A DNA stretch of 64,000 nucleotides. Source: Chloroflexota bacterium. Lineage in GTDB: Bacteria; Chloroflexota; Anaerolineae; JAAYZQ01. The position numbers were made by a program, and so were the translations under genes. The stretch is from assembly GCA_018606645.1 (NCBI GenBank), contig JAGVRI010000005.1:50629-114628 (forward strand), in the 5' to 3' direction. Shown here piece by piece: positions 1-9,987 of this stretch (the first letter of the stretch is position 1; each line of letters starts with the position of its first letter). A model generated the notes under the pieces. The model ran no database searches and was not told the DNA's origin. It worked only from the letters and a program-made list of their open reading frames with translations.

Positions 1-577
1 TCTCAAAACTCCCCCCATAGGCATCGTTGCGGCGGTTGTACCATGGCGAAAGAAACTCGTTGATCAGATAGCCGTGGGCGCCGTGGATCTCGACCGCATC
101 AAAGCCCGCCTCACGGGCCCGCCGGGCCGCCTGCCCAAATGCTTCGACCAGCGCTTCGATCTCGGGGATGGTCAGCTCCCTCGGAACCACTCCCACATCT
201 GCGTCGGGAATGGCCGACGGGCCCACGATCTCCCCTCCCGAATGTTCGGGTCTGGCCCTGATCCCTCCGTGGTGGATCTGAAGCGCGATCTTGGCCCCAT
301 GTTCGTGGACCGCATCGGTGAGCCGCTTGAAGCCGGGGATAAAGCGATCGTCATAGATGCCAAGCTGGGTGGCTGTGCACCGCCCGCCCGGGTCCACCGA
401 GGTATACTCCACGATGATCAGACCCATCCCCCCTTCTGCGCGACGGCGGTGATAGGCAATGAGCTGATCGGTCACTTCATGATCGGTCGATCCGTAGCCG
501 GTGTCCATAGGCGGCACGACGATCCGATTGCGCAGCGTCATGCCGTTGATAGTGATCGGTTGAAACAGATGCTCCAT
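1..577 (-). CDS. NADH:flavin oxidoreductase, Old Yellow Enzyme family. Partial: start codon at 577, C-terminus runs off the window edge.
   Basis: The reverse-strand translation begins MEHLFQPITINGMTLRNR and contains the OYE signature ...FDAVEIHGAHGYLINEFLSPWYNRRNDAYGG. There is no stop before position 1. It is a paralog of the 4138-6105 and 21597-23552 genes. Confidence 0.75.
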   Translation of the reverse strand, partial: MEHLFQPITINGMTLRNRIVVPPMDTGYGSTDHEVTDQLIAYHRRRAEGGMGLIIVEYTSVDPGGRCTATQLGIYDDRFIPGFKRLTDAVHEHGAKIALQIHHGGIRARPEHSGGEIVGPSAIPDADVGVVPRELTIPEIEALVEAFGQAARRAREAGFDAVEIHGAHGYLINEFLSPWYNRRNDAYGGSFE

Positions 578-589
578 GGTAGTCTTTCC

Positions 590-1249
590 TTACTGCCCGT
601 CGGTCTGCAACCCGGGCTCAAGCCATTTCCGCCACAGGGTCTGGCTTCCGCCCACTGCCGCCGTCGCCAGGAACGCCTTGATCAGGTCCACCAGGATAAA
701 GGGACGCACCCCCAGATGCCACGCCCCGACCAGGGCATTATCGAACGACCCCAAGCGGGTCGCTTGGAGCCAACCCGCCAGCCACAGCCCTCCTCCGCTG
801 TAGATGACCGCCAGGGCCGCCAACGCTGCGGCCAGCAGGCTCATTCGATGGCCACGTAACGCCTCACTCACTCGGCCGCCGACCCACGCCGCAATGGGGA
901 ATGCCATAAGATAACCGCCCGTCGGACCCAGGAGAACGGCCAGCCCGCCGGTTCCACCGGCAAAGACCGGCAACCCCAGCGCTCCGGCGGTCAGGTAGCC
1001 TAGCTGACTGCTCAGCCCTCCTCGACTTCCCAGGGCCAGACCACTCATGAGGGCAACTAACACCTGCAAGGTGACCGGCACTGGCGAGAACGGCAGTCGG
1101 ATGGCAAATTGCGCCCCGAGCGCCGTCAGCGCCGCAAAAAAGATCGTGGGCCCTGCCTCTCGACATAGCGCCTCGATCCGATTTGAGATAGCTGCTCTTA
1201 TGTACAACGGTCCCTCCTGCAAATGTGATGATGTTCTCTTGTCCGTCAA
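590..1249 (-). CDS. bioY: BioY-family biotin transporter (ECF S-component)
   Basis: Polytopic 219-aa protein with BioY-like segments (PVPVTLQVLVALMSGLALG, GGYLMAFPIAAWVGG). It sits next to a biotin-dependent carboxylase cluster. Confidence 0.7.
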   Translation of the reverse strand: MTDKRTSSHLQEGPLYIRAAISNRIEALCREAGPTIFFAALTALGAQFAIRLPFSPVPVTLQVLVALMSGLALGSRGGLSSQLGYLTAGALGLPVFAGGTGGLAVLLGPTGGYLMAFPIAAWVGGRVSEALRGHRMSLLAAALAALAVIYSGGGLWLAGWLQATRLGSFDNALVGAWHLGVRPFILVDLIKAFLATAAVGGSQTLWRKWLEPGLQTDGQ

Positions 1250-2406
1250 CCTATCCGCTCAATAATCGTGGCGATTCCCAACCCCCCGAAACAGCACATC
1301 GTTTGCAGACCCAGCGTCCCATCCCGACGTTCCAGTTCGTGGAGAAGCGTCGTCATGATCCGCGCGCCACTCGCTCCAAGGGGATGCCCGACGGCAATGG
1401 CACCTCCGTTTACGTTGACCCGATCCATGGGAGGATCGAGTTCCCGCTGCCAGGCCAGCACCACCGAAGCAAAGGCCTCATTGATCTCGATCAGGTCGAT
1501 GTCGTTCAGGCGCATCCCGGCCCGTTTCAGAATGCCGAGGGTCGCCGGAATCGGACCGGTCAGGGCGATGACCGGATCGGAACCGACCACCAGTTGGGCG
1601 ACAATGCGAGCCCGTGGTTTGAGTCCCAACGCCTTGGCTTTCTCCAGGGACATCAACAGCAATGCAGCAGCGCCATCGGAGATGGGGCTGGAATTGCCGG
1701 CGGTGACCCGCCCATCATCCTTAAAGGCCGGTTTGAGGTTGCTCAGGGCCTCCATACTGGTGTCGGCGCGGATGGTTTCGTCGGTGTCCATGAGCCCGGT
1801 CTGCCCCTCAACAGTCACCGTCAGGGGGAGAATTTCGCGGCGAAAGCGGCCCTGAGCCGTGGCTTGGGCAGCCAGGCGGTGGCTGCGCAGGCTGTACACG
1901 TCCAGTTCCGTCCGGGTCAATCCCCATTGCTCGGCGATCATCTCGGCCGCCAGCCCCATACTGGTAATCGGGTATCGGCTCAACAGCTCTTTGGTAAACG
2001 GGCTCCCTTGTCCGTTGATCTGCCGCGTGCTGCCCATCGGCACGCGGGTCATACTCTCCACTCCACCGGCAATGACAATGTCGCACGTGCCGGTCTCGAT
2101 CAGGTTGGCAGCAAAGTGCACGGCTTGCTGCCCGGATCCGCACTGTCGGTCGACGGTGGTGGCCGGCACGGTGACCGGGAACCCGGCCAACAGCGCCGAA
2201 TTCCGGGCAATGTTCAACCCCTGATCCCCGGCCGGCAACACACACCCCATGACAATATCATCCACCATCGCCGGCTCGATCCCGGCGCGGCGGACCACTT
2301 CATTGAGTACGGCAGCGGCCAGTTCGGTCGGGTGGAAATCTTTGAGTTTGCCATTCCGCCTCCCAGAAGGAGTGCGTACGGCCTCGACAATCACCGCTTG
2401 GGGCAT
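1246..2406 (-). CDS. acetyl-CoA C-acyltransferase (thiolase)
   Basis: Thiolase motifs are present (VIVEAVRTP, VDRQCGSGQQAV, NVNGGAIAVGHPLGASGARI, CFGGLG). The start was chosen at MPQAVIVEAVRTP, which has a GGAGGG RBS. The longer ORF would begin at 2448. Confidence 0.85.
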   Translation of the reverse strand: MPQAVIVEAVRTPSGRRNGKLKDFHPTELAAAVLNEVVRRAGIEPAMVDDIVMGCVLPAGDQGLNIARNSALLAGFPVTVPATTVDRQCGSGQQAVHFAANLIETGTCDIVIAGGVESMTRVPMGSTRQINGQGSPFTKELLSRYPITSMGLAAEMIAEQWGLTRTELDVYSLRSHRLAAQATAQGRFRREILPLTVTVEGQTGLMDTDETIRADTSMEALSNLKPAFKDDGRVTAGNSSPISDGAAALLLMSLEKAKALGLKPRARIVAQLVVGSDPVIALTGPIPATLGILKRAGMRLNDIDLIEINEAFASVVLAWQRELDPPMDRVNVNGGAIAVGHPLGASGARIMTTLLHELERRDGTLGLQTMCCFGGLGIATIIERIG

Positions 2407-2425
2407 GGTCGTTTTTCCCTCCGTC

Positions 2426-4099
2426 TTATATGGCTGTGCTGGGTTCATGGCTCCCGTACACGCGGCGCAGCGCGTCGCAGATCTCGCCCAGGGTAGCGTA
2501 GGCCTTCACCGCCTCGATGGTGGCCGGAATGATGTTCTCATCCCGGCGGGCGGCCGCTTCCACGGCGGACAACGTGCGCGCCACCGCCTCCGCATCGCGG
2601 GTCGCCCGCAGCTCCCGGAGGCGTTGGACCTGGCGCCGCTCCGATTCCGGATCGACCTTGAATAGTGGGATATTCACTTTTTCGTGTTCATCCTGGTACA
2701 TGTTGAGTCCGACGATGACTTTATCCCGACTTTCGATAGCCTTCTGTCTTCGATAGGCGGCGTTGAGCAGTTCCTGTTGAAAGAACCCTTGCTCGATGCA
2801 GGCGACGGCACCGCCCATCGCTTCCACGCGTTCGATGATCTCACCCACCTCCCGTTCAATGCGGGTGGTCAGGTGCTCCAGGGCGTAAGACCCCCCCAGG
2901 GCGTCAACCAGGTTCGTTACCCCGATCTCGTGGGCGATAATCTGTTGCGTACGCAGCGCGACGGTCACCGCTTCTGGGGACGGAAGACAATAGGCCTCGT
3001 CGAAGGAAGAAGTAGCGATCGTCTGGACTCCGCCCAGGACCGCCGCCAACGCCTCGACCGTCACCCGCACAATGTTGTTGAGCGGCTGCTGCGCCACCAG
3101 GTTGCCGCCCAATGTGTAGGCCAGAATGCGCAGTTTCATCGACTCGGGATTTTGCGCACCGAACCGGGTTCGCATCAGACGCGCCCAGAACCGGCGAGCT
3201 GCCCGGAATTTGGCCACCTCTTCCAGGAAATCGATGCTGGCCGACAGGAAGGTAAAGAGCTGGGGGGCAAAATCGTCAATGCCGAGACCACGAGCCAGGG
3301 CACTTTCAATGTAGGCCAGGGCATTGGCAAAGGTGAACGCCAGTTCCTGGGACGCCGTGCTGCCGCTGTCCCGGATGTGATACCCGCTCATGGCCAGAGG
3401 CACCCACTTGGGCAGATATCTGGCGCAATACTCGATCACGTCCGTAGAGAGCTTGAGGGAGGGCCGTGGAGGAAAGATGTAGGTCCCTCGGCTGATATAC
3501 TCCTTCAACACGTCGTTCTGGATGAAAATACGGACGTTGGAGGGATCGACTCCCTGCTTTTCAAAAGCAGCCACGCAGAATGCCAGGAAGATAGGCCCGA
3601 TGGCGTTGGCCGTAGTCCGGATCTGGCGCACCTCTTCCAGGTCGATGCCCTCAAAGAGACGCTCCACATCGGCCAGGGACCCCAAGTGGACGCCGACCTT
3701 GCCTACCTCGCCCTCCACCAGCGGATGATCGGCATCGTAGCCCATTTGAGTCGGCAGGTCCAGAGCGATGGAGAAGCCCGTCTGCCCCTGAGCCAGCAGC
3801 ATCCGGTAGCGCTCATTGGCCTCTTCGGCCGAGCCAAAGCCCGAGTATTGCCCCATGATCCAGAAATCACGACGGTACATGGCCGGGCTGATGCCACGGG
3901 TGAACGGATAGAAACCCGGATAGCCAAGGTCTTGCTGGAAATCAAACCCCTGCTCCTCAAGGCTGGCCGGCGTGTACACCGCCTCCAACGGCAGTCCAGA
4001 ATCGGTGGTAAAGGTCTCTCGTCGCTGTGGCTCTTGAGCAAGAGCCTGTTCATATTGCCGGCGCATATCCTGGTCCACCTGATCGTCATGATGCTTCAT
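2426..4099 (-). CDS. methylmalonyl-CoA mutase family, catalytic (N-terminal, substrate-binding) subunit, with no fused B12-binding domain
   Basis: 557 aa with typical MCM/ICM TIM-barrel motifs (RIFIQNDVLKEYISRGTYIFPP, FTFANALAYIE). It ends before a cobalamin-binding domain would begin. Confidence 0.85.
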   Translation of the reverse strand: MKHHDDQVDQDMRRQYEQALAQEPQRRETFTTDSGLPLEAVYTPASLEEQGFDFQQDLGYPGFYPFTRGISPAMYRRDFWIMGQYSGFGSAEEANERYRMLLAQGQTGFSIALDLPTQMGYDADHPLVEGEVGKVGVHLGSLADVERLFEGIDLEEVRQIRTTANAIGPIFLAFCVAAFEKQGVDPSNVRIFIQNDVLKEYISRGTYIFPPRPSLKLSTDVIEYCARYLPKWVPLAMSGYHIRDSGSTASQELAFTFANALAYIESALARGLGIDDFAPQLFTFLSASIDFLEEVAKFRAARRFWARLMRTRFGAQNPESMKLRILAYTLGGNLVAQQPLNNIVRVTVEALAAVLGGVQTIATSSFDEAYCLPSPEAVTVALRTQQIIAHEIGVTNLVDALGGSYALEHLTTRIEREVGEIIERVEAMGGAVACIEQGFFQQELLNAAYRRQKAIESRDKVIVGLNMYQDEHEKVNIPLFKVDPESERRQVQRLRELRATRDAEAVARTLSAVEAAARRDENIIPATIEAVKAYATLGEICDALRRVYGSHEPSTAI

Positions 4100-4137
4100 C
4101 GCAGAACACCTTCAAAACTCCAGAACACCAGTCCGGA

Positions 4138-6105
4138 CTAGATCTCACGGCCAATTTTGGCTCCTTGGTAGATGGCATCAATGGCAAAGCCGGGTTGCGT
4201 GCAATCCCCAATTTCATGCATCTCAACGTCCAGTTTCTTGATCTCCTGGGCCAGGTCTCGATTCGGTCTGGCACCAACTGCCAGCACCACCGTGTCCACC
4301 GGGCCCAACGATGCCTTCCATGTCAGATCCAGGCCGGGTTCCTGGCGGGTGAGCAGGACCTGATGATCTTGGATCGCCTCCACTTTGGTCGAGGTCAGGA
4401 TTCTCACTCCCGCTTTGTCCAGGCGCTCCAGCAGAAAATGTTTGGCGTCCGGCAACATGTCAGGACACACAGCGTCCAGCATCTCGACGATGATTACCTT
4501 CTTGCCTCGCTCGCTCAAAAAGTCAGCCGTCTCTGCCCCGCACGAACCACCACCAACTACCACAACCCGTTTCCCTGTTTCTACCTTTCCGCTCAATACA
4601 TCATCCGATGTCACCACGTACTCCTGATCCGCTCCCGGAATGGGTGGGATGATAGGGCTTGCTCCGGTGGCCACAATGACCACATCAGGCTTGAGCGCGG
4701 CGACATCGTCTGCGGTGATGGTGCGTCCCATCTCAATCCGGGCGCCATGTTTGACCGCCTGATCGCGCAAATGCTCCACGACCTTGTAGAAATGCTGTTT
4801 GCACGGGACCTGAGACCCCAGATACCAACGTCCACCCAGGCGATCCTGCCTTTCGTATACGGTCACTTCATGCCCCCGCAATGAAGCCACCCGCGCCGCC
4901 TCCAGTCCGGCTGGTCCACCCCCGATCACCATGACTTTCTTGACCTTCTCGGCTGGCGTGATCGGGAACTCGCCTTCCCGCCCCGCCTCAGCATTGACCA
5001 GACAGATGGTATGGCGAACCTTGCGGTTGGGGTCATGGCAGCCCTTGTTGCAACTGATGCAGGGCATGATGTCATCGAGTCGTCCCTCTGCGGCTTTACG
5101 AGGCCATTCTGGATCGGCGATCAACGCCCGGCCCAGGTTGATGACATCGGCCTGGCCGTTCTGGAGGATCCGTTCGGCATGCTCGGGATCGGTGATGCGG
5201 CCGGCCACCATCACCGGCACGTCCACTTCGGCTTTGATCGCCTCCGCATAGGGCACACTGTGGCCCGGCTCCGAGTAATAGTTGGACACAGTCCAGTAGT
5301 ACGGAGCAATCCCCCGCGAGACGCTGATGGCCGCCGAACCTGCCTCCACCAGCATCCTGGCAATGACCTTCATATCCTCAAGGGTCAGGCCTCCCTCGAC
5401 CAGTTCGCTCCCGATAATCCGACACCACACCGGGACGCCGTCGCCGACTTGGGCCTTCACCCGCCGGAGCAGTTCCAAGGGAAACTTCATCCGACCATTC
5501 AGGTCGCCGCCGTACTCATCGCTCCGCTTGTTGGAAAAGGGCGACATGAACTGACATGGGAGATAGCCGTGGGCGTAGTGAAGCTCAATGGCATCAAAGC
5601 CGGCTTCGATGCAACGGCGCGCCGTCTGGGCATAGGCTTCGATGATCTGCTGGATCTCGGCGACCGATAGCTCCTTGGGTTCGTCGCTGTATTTCCCCCC
5701 TCTGGGGATCGGCGACGGCGCGAGTGGTTGTTGCCCTTCAATCGCCGCCCGAGTGGTCTGACGCCCGGCATGGTGCAGTTGAGCCGCGATCTTGGCGCCA
5801 TGGGCTTTCACTGCCTCCACCAGGCGCCTGTATCCAGGAATCAAACTGTCGTCATAGAGTCCTAGCTGACCCACCCCAAAGCGGGCCTGAGGATGCTGGA
5901 CGTAGATCGAACCGACAATCAACAGGCCGGCTCCCCCTTTGGCGCGCGCCTCCATAAAGTCGATCTGAGGCTGGGTCACGGTGCCCCGCTCATCTGACAT
6001 ATAGTTCGCCATCGGAGCCAGCGCAATCCGATTGTGCAATTCCATCGGCCCGATCTGGATCGGGCTGAACAAATGCTCAAATGCTTTACTCACACGTGCC
6101 TCCAA
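4138..6105 (-). CDS. 2,4-dienoyl-CoA reductase-like flavoprotein (OYE TIM-barrel plus C-terminal FAD/NAD(P)-binding domain)
   Basis: 655 aa. The N-terminal OYE signature is FDAIELHYAHGYLPCQF. The C-terminal half has Rossmann motifs (VMVIGGGPAGLEAAR, VVVVGGGSCGAE). Confidence 0.85.
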   Translation of the reverse strand: MEARVSKAFEHLFSPIQIGPMELHNRIALAPMANYMSDERGTVTQPQIDFMEARAKGGAGLLIVGSIYVQHPQARFGVGQLGLYDDSLIPGYRRLVEAVKAHGAKIAAQLHHAGRQTTRAAIEGQQPLAPSPIPRGGKYSDEPKELSVAEIQQIIEAYAQTARRCIEAGFDAIELHYAHGYLPCQFMSPFSNKRSDEYGGDLNGRMKFPLELLRRVKAQVGDGVPVWCRIIGSELVEGGLTLEDMKVIARMLVEAGSAAISVSRGIAPYYWTVSNYYSEPGHSVPYAEAIKAEVDVPVMVAGRITDPEHAERILQNGQADVINLGRALIADPEWPRKAAEGRLDDIMPCISCNKGCHDPNRKVRHTICLVNAEAGREGEFPITPAEKVKKVMVIGGGPAGLEAARVASLRGHEVTVYERQDRLGGRWYLGSQVPCKQHFYKVVEHLRDQAVKHGARIEMGRTITADDVAALKPDVVIVATGASPIIPPIPGADQEYVVTSDDVLSGKVETGKRVVVVGGGSCGAETADFLSERGKKVIIVEMLDAVCPDMLPDAKHFLLERLDKAGVRILTSTKVEAIQDHQVLLTRQEPGLDLTWKASLGPVDTVVLAVGARPNRDLAQEIKKLDVEMHEIGDCTQPGFAIDAIYQGAKIGREI

Positions 6106-6172
6106 AAAGTGATAGTTGCGAAATGGAAACAGCGGCTGGCATGGGGGAGATGGCCCACACGTCGAAATGGCC

Positions 6173-6925
6173 TCATTGGGTCAACCACCCGCCATCCACC
6201 ACCAATGTGTGTCCGGTTACGTAATCTGCGTCATCGCTGCACAAAAAGATAACCGCGCCGACCAGGTCCTCGGGAGTGCCGGCGCGTCCCATCGGGATTT
6301 TGGCCCTGACCCTTGCCTCGAAGGCTTCGGCGCTGGGAAAGTACCCTTCCGTCAGAGGGGTCCTGATCAGGCCAGGCGCGATGGCATTCATATTCACATG
6401 ATAAGGCGCCAGCTCGGCCGAAGCCGCAGCCGTCAACATCCTGACCCCCGCCTTGGAGATGGCATAAGGTACCTCCGATCGTCCAGCGACGAAGGAAGAG
6501 GTCGAAGCCACATTCACGATCTTGCCGCGTCCCTGCTTCACCATGACGCGCGCGACAAACTGGCTGCAAAAAAAGACCGCTTTGAGGTTGATGTCGATGA
6601 TCCGGTCCCAGACTTCCTCCGTCGTTTCCAAAAATGGGGTGGGGAGCGCGATGCCAGCGTTGTTGACGAGAATGTCAATCCTCCCGAATTCCTGCAGCGT
6701 GCGCTCCACCATCCGCGCCAGATCGGAAAGCACCGAAACATCCACCTGAAGCCCCAGCGACCTGCGGCCCATTCTTTGGATCTCGGCGGCCGTCTCGATC
6801 GCCTTGTCCTCTTGGATGTCGGCCACGACGACGTGCGCCCCCTCGCCGGCCAGGCCCAGAGCCAGGGCGCGGCCGATCCCCTGGGCGGCTCCGGTCACGA
6901 TCGCGATTCGATCCTCAAGCTTCAT
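6173..6925 (-). CDS. SDR-family oxidoreductase (3-oxoacyl-ACP reductase-like)
   Basis: TGAAQGIGRA glycine motif, NNAG motif and a YxxxK catalytic pair. 250 aa. Confidence 0.85.
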   Translation of the reverse strand: MKLEDRIAIVTGAAQGIGRALALGLAGEGAHVVVADIQEDKAIETAAEIQRMGRRSLGLQVDVSVLSDLARMVERTLQEFGRIDILVNNAGIALPTPFLETTEEVWDRIIDINLKAVFFCSQFVARVMVKQGRGKIVNVASTSSFVAGRSEVPYAISKAGVRMLTAAASAELAPYHVNMNAIAPGLIRTPLTEGYFPSAEAFEARVRAKIPMGRAGTPEDLVGAVIFLCSDDADYVTGHTLVVDGGWLTQ

Positions 6926-6961
6926 TGAACACCTCGATATTCCGCATGCTGAACGGCAAGT

Positions 6962-7624
6962 CTATGCATAGCGCAACCGCCGTTCGAGCAGGGCAACGCC
7001 TTTGGAAGAAAGCCAGACGATGCACACATAGATCAGGGCCACCGTGGTATAGAACTCAAAGGGCCGCCAGGTCATCGTCGTCTGCACCTGCGCCGTGCGC
7101 ATCAGTTCCATCACGCCGAGCAGGGAGACCAACGAGGAGTCCTTGATGGCTCCCACCCACATGTTGCCGACCGGAGGGATAATGATCCGGATCGCCTGGG
7201 GCAGGATCACATACCGATAGGTCTGGGCAGTGGTCAATCCGATCGTCATCGCTGCTTCGGTCTGGCCCCGACCAATAGCCTGAATCCCCGAGCGAAAGAT
7301 CTCGGCCAGATATCCCCCGTACTGGGTCGACAGGCAGATTGCGGCGGCCAGAGTCGGCTCAAAATCGACTCCCGTCGCCATGGCGATGCCAAAATAGAGC
7401 CAGATCAGGTACACCATTTGCGGGATGCCGCGAAAGAAGTTGATGTAGAGGGCCGCCGGCACGCTCAGGAAGCGATACCTGGAGATGCGCAGTAGGGCGA
7501 TAAACAGGCCGATCAAACAGCCGAAGGAGAGCGCCAACACCGCCAGCATAAATGTATACCGCAACGAGGCCAACAGCACGTTCCACACTCGCAAGACCGG
7601 ACCAAAATCAGGGATATAGGGCAT
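6962..7624 (-). CDS. polar amino acid ABC transporter permease
   Basis: His/Glu/Gln/Arg/opine-family permease with the EAA-like loop (TQTEAAMTIGLTTAQTYRYVILPQA). Confidence 0.8.
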   Translation of the reverse strand: MPYIPDFGPVLRVWNVLLASLRYTFMLAVLALSFGCLIGLFIALLRISRYRFLSVPAALYINFFRGIPQMVYLIWLYFGIAMATGVDFEPTLAAAICLSTQYGGYLAEIFRSGIQAIGRGQTEAAMTIGLTTAQTYRYVILPQAIRIIIPPVGNMWVGAIKDSSLVSLLGVMELMRTAQVQTTMTWRPFEFYTTVALIYVCIVWLSSKGVALLERRLRYA

Positions 7625-7645
7625 CGCCGAGCCTCCTGTTCACCT

Positions 7646-8308
7646 CTAGCCAACCTTCAATCTTCGCTCAAGAACCTGGTTGCCGTAGAAAAAGACAAAG
7701 GTCAGGATGATATACAAAACGGCCGCCGTGGTATAGAACTCAAATGGCCGGAAATAGTCATTGGAATTCAGATACGCCGTGCGCATGATCTCCACCACGC
7801 CGATGACCGAGAGCAGGGAGGAATCCTTGACCATGGCGATCCACATATTCCCGATGGAGGGGAGGACAATGCGGATGGCCTGGGGCAGGATCACGTGCCG
7901 GTATGACTGCGTGGAGGTCAAGCCGATCGCCATCGCTGCTTCCCTCTGGCCACGGTCAATCGCTTGAATGCCCGACCGATAGATCTCGGCCAGGAACCCC
8001 GCATACTGGGTCCCCAGGGAAATGACCCCGGCGACGAACGGCCGAAAGTTCACATTGAGCAACATTGCCAGGCCATAGTACACCCAGAAGATGAGCACGT
8101 ACTGCGGCGCACCCTGGAAAAAGTTGATGTAGCCCTGGGCCGGCGTGTTCAAAATGCGCGATTTCGAAATGCGCATCAGAGCAATGATCAACCCCAGGAT
8201 GAGCGCAACGACCATCGCCACGGCAGACACGGACAGGGTCATCCGCACCGCCAGCAGGAATTCATCCATGTTATCCAAGACGACCTTTAAATCCAGCTTA
8301 TACCCCAT
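7646..8308 (-). CDS. polar amino acid ABC transporter permease
   Basis: Paralog of the previous permease (GQREAAMAIGLTSTQSYRHVILPQA). The start was trimmed to MGYKLDL, since the longer ORF to 8428 has no homologous N-terminus. Confidence 0.75.
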   Translation of the reverse strand: MGYKLDLKVVLDNMDEFLLAVRMTLSVSAVAMVVALILGLIIALMRISKSRILNTPAQGYINFFQGAPQYVLIFWVYYGLAMLLNVNFRPFVAGVISLGTQYAGFLAEIYRSGIQAIDRGQREAAMAIGLTSTQSYRHVILPQAIRIVLPSIGNMWIAMVKDSSLLSVIGVVEIMRTAYLNSNDYFRPFEFYTTAAVLYIILTFVFFYGNQVLERRLKVG

Positions 8309-8466
8309 CGGAACTCGCTTCGCTCCATCCCCAATACAAATGTGAGAACCACACCAGGTTGATGTCGGTGTTAGAGGCCTGGCTTTCCACCACGACCTGG
8401 GAAAGCCAAGCCTCCCCCAGGCGTCCAAGCGATTGACTACCGCCGACGAATCATGGTGCGTACGGC

Positions 8467-9366
8467 CTATTCCCAGGTGACCTCACCTCTCAGGGTCGGG
8501 CCGACGATCTTGTCATACAGGGCCGGCAGAGTGCCCCGATCCCAGTACCAGGCGAGCCAGGAATCCAGGTAGTGTAGGAAGCTATGCTCGCTCTTGCGCA
8601 CCGGGATGCAACCCCACTCTCGGGCGAGAAGGCCTTTGCTCTCATCGGGATAGCCGAGCACCTTGGTCTTTGGATGTTTGGCCGCAAAGGGCATTGCCAG
8701 GTACAATTCAATGACACAGCCATCGGCCCGGCCGGCCTCCACCTCCAGCATTACTTCCGGCACATTCAATGGCACGATCTCGGCCTGAGGGAATGCATCC
8801 CGGGCTCGGTACTCGGCCGAAGCTCCGATCTGGGCGGTGATCTTTTTGCCGGGCTTGTTTAGTTCCCGCCAATCGGTGGCCGTCTCGTCTGCTCGCACCA
8901 ACAGCCACTGGTCATAGGGCACATACCCTCTGGTGAATTCAAAGGTGAGCAGTCGGGAAGGTTTGTTCACAATCCCAACGAGGGCCGTGTCATATTTACC
9001 GGCGGCCACACCCGGCAGGATCGCCTCCCACTCGACATCCACCAGGTCGAGCTGCACCTCCAGGTCCTGGGCGAGCATCTTCATGATCTCAACGTCGTAG
9101 CCGGCCGGCTCGTTAGTCTGCGGGTCCCGGTACATCTCCGGCGGAAACTTGAGCGTGGTGGCGATGGTGATCTTGCCCCGTTTCCGGATCTGCTCAATGA
9201 TGTCCCCAAAGGCCCCCGCTGCTGCTTTGACCTCCGCCGCAGGGGCAGCAGCGCCCTCTGTTTCGGCCTTGGGTTTGCAGCCAGCCACCAGCCCTGCCGC
9301 CGCTGTCAGACCTACAGCCACCCCGGCCGTCTTGAGAAAATTCCTTCGATCAAGCTGTTCGTCCAT
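8467..9366 (-). CDS. amino acid ABC transporter substrate-binding lipoprotein
   Basis: Tat/lipoprotein-type N-terminus (RRNFLKTAGVAVGLTAAAGLVAGC) followed by a family-3 SBP fold. No ATPase gene is adjacent. Confidence 0.8.
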   Translation of the reverse strand: MDEQLDRRNFLKTAGVAVGLTAAAGLVAGCKPKAETEGAAAPAAEVKAAAGAFGDIIEQIRKRGKITIATTLKFPPEMYRDPQTNEPAGYDVEIMKMLAQDLEVQLDLVDVEWEAILPGVAAGKYDTALVGIVNKPSRLLTFEFTRGYVPYDQWLLVRADETATDWRELNKPGKKITAQIGASAEYRARDAFPQAEIVPLNVPEVMLEVEAGRADGCVIELYLAMPFAAKHPKTKVLGYPDESKGLLAREWGCIPVRKSEHSFLHYLDSWLAWYWDRGTLPALYDKIVGPTLRGEVTWE

Positions 9367-9619
9367 CGAAAATCCCCCTCCTCATGTTTCAAGATTGATA
9401 CCACTGAAAGATCCTTGAATCCTACTGTGAGACGATGCGTAGCGGCCTCTGCGTGGTCCCTGTTTACCTCACCTCCTTCCTGGAACTACCCCCTGACGCT
9501 TCTCTGATGGCAGTGGCCCCCAGGTCCTGCGATTGTGCCGCAGCGTCGATCCTCTACTGGCTGGAGAATTGAGGCGCGTCAAGGGAGCCAGAATCCCATC
9601 GCTCGGCTCTGTCCGTGTC

Positions 9620-9982
9620 CTACTCCAGCTCTCGGTCGGAGCCGGGCAAGAACGCCGGCCCGTTCATCACCAGATAGGCCATGTGCCCATCAAACACATA
9701 GGGCACGCTGCGGGGGATGAACACCAGGTCCCCGGCCCTGACCTTGAACGGTGCCCCATCGCCTACCTGGAATTCACCATCCCCCTCGATGATATAGTAC
9801 ACCCGGTCACTCAGGTCACAGACCATCTTTTTGTGATGACCCCAGATTTTGACCCAGGTGACACTGATATCCTGGCTGTGTTGGGCGCGGTTCACGGCCG
9901 TCTTCATCACCAGTGGGTACCCTTCTTCTCGGATTTCCGGAATATCCTCCAGCCGAATCAGCATTTTGTTCTCCTTGACCAA
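9620..9982 (-). CDS. cupin-domain protein
   Basis: 120 aa with a two-motif cupin beta-barrel pattern (VYYIIEGDGEF ... GDLVFIPRSVPY). Confidence 0.55.
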   Translation of the reverse strand: MVKENKMLIRLEDIPEIREEGYPLVMKTAVNRAQHSQDISVTWVKIWGHHKKMVCDLSDRVYYIIEGDGEFQVGDGAPFKVRAGDLVFIPRSVPYVFDGHMAYLVMNGPAFLPGSDRELE

Positions 9983-9987
9983 ACGAA

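Noticed and set aside
74-859. 261-aa plus-strand ORF at window start
   Set aside because: Antisense to the partial OYE gene (1-577) and the 3' end of bioY. No motifs.
2684-4141. 485-aa plus-strand ORF
   Set aside because: It is entirely antisense to the methylmalonyl-CoA mutase gene, which carries unmistakable family motifs. Long antisense ORFs like this are expected at this GC content, and the translation is low-complexity with no recognisable domains.
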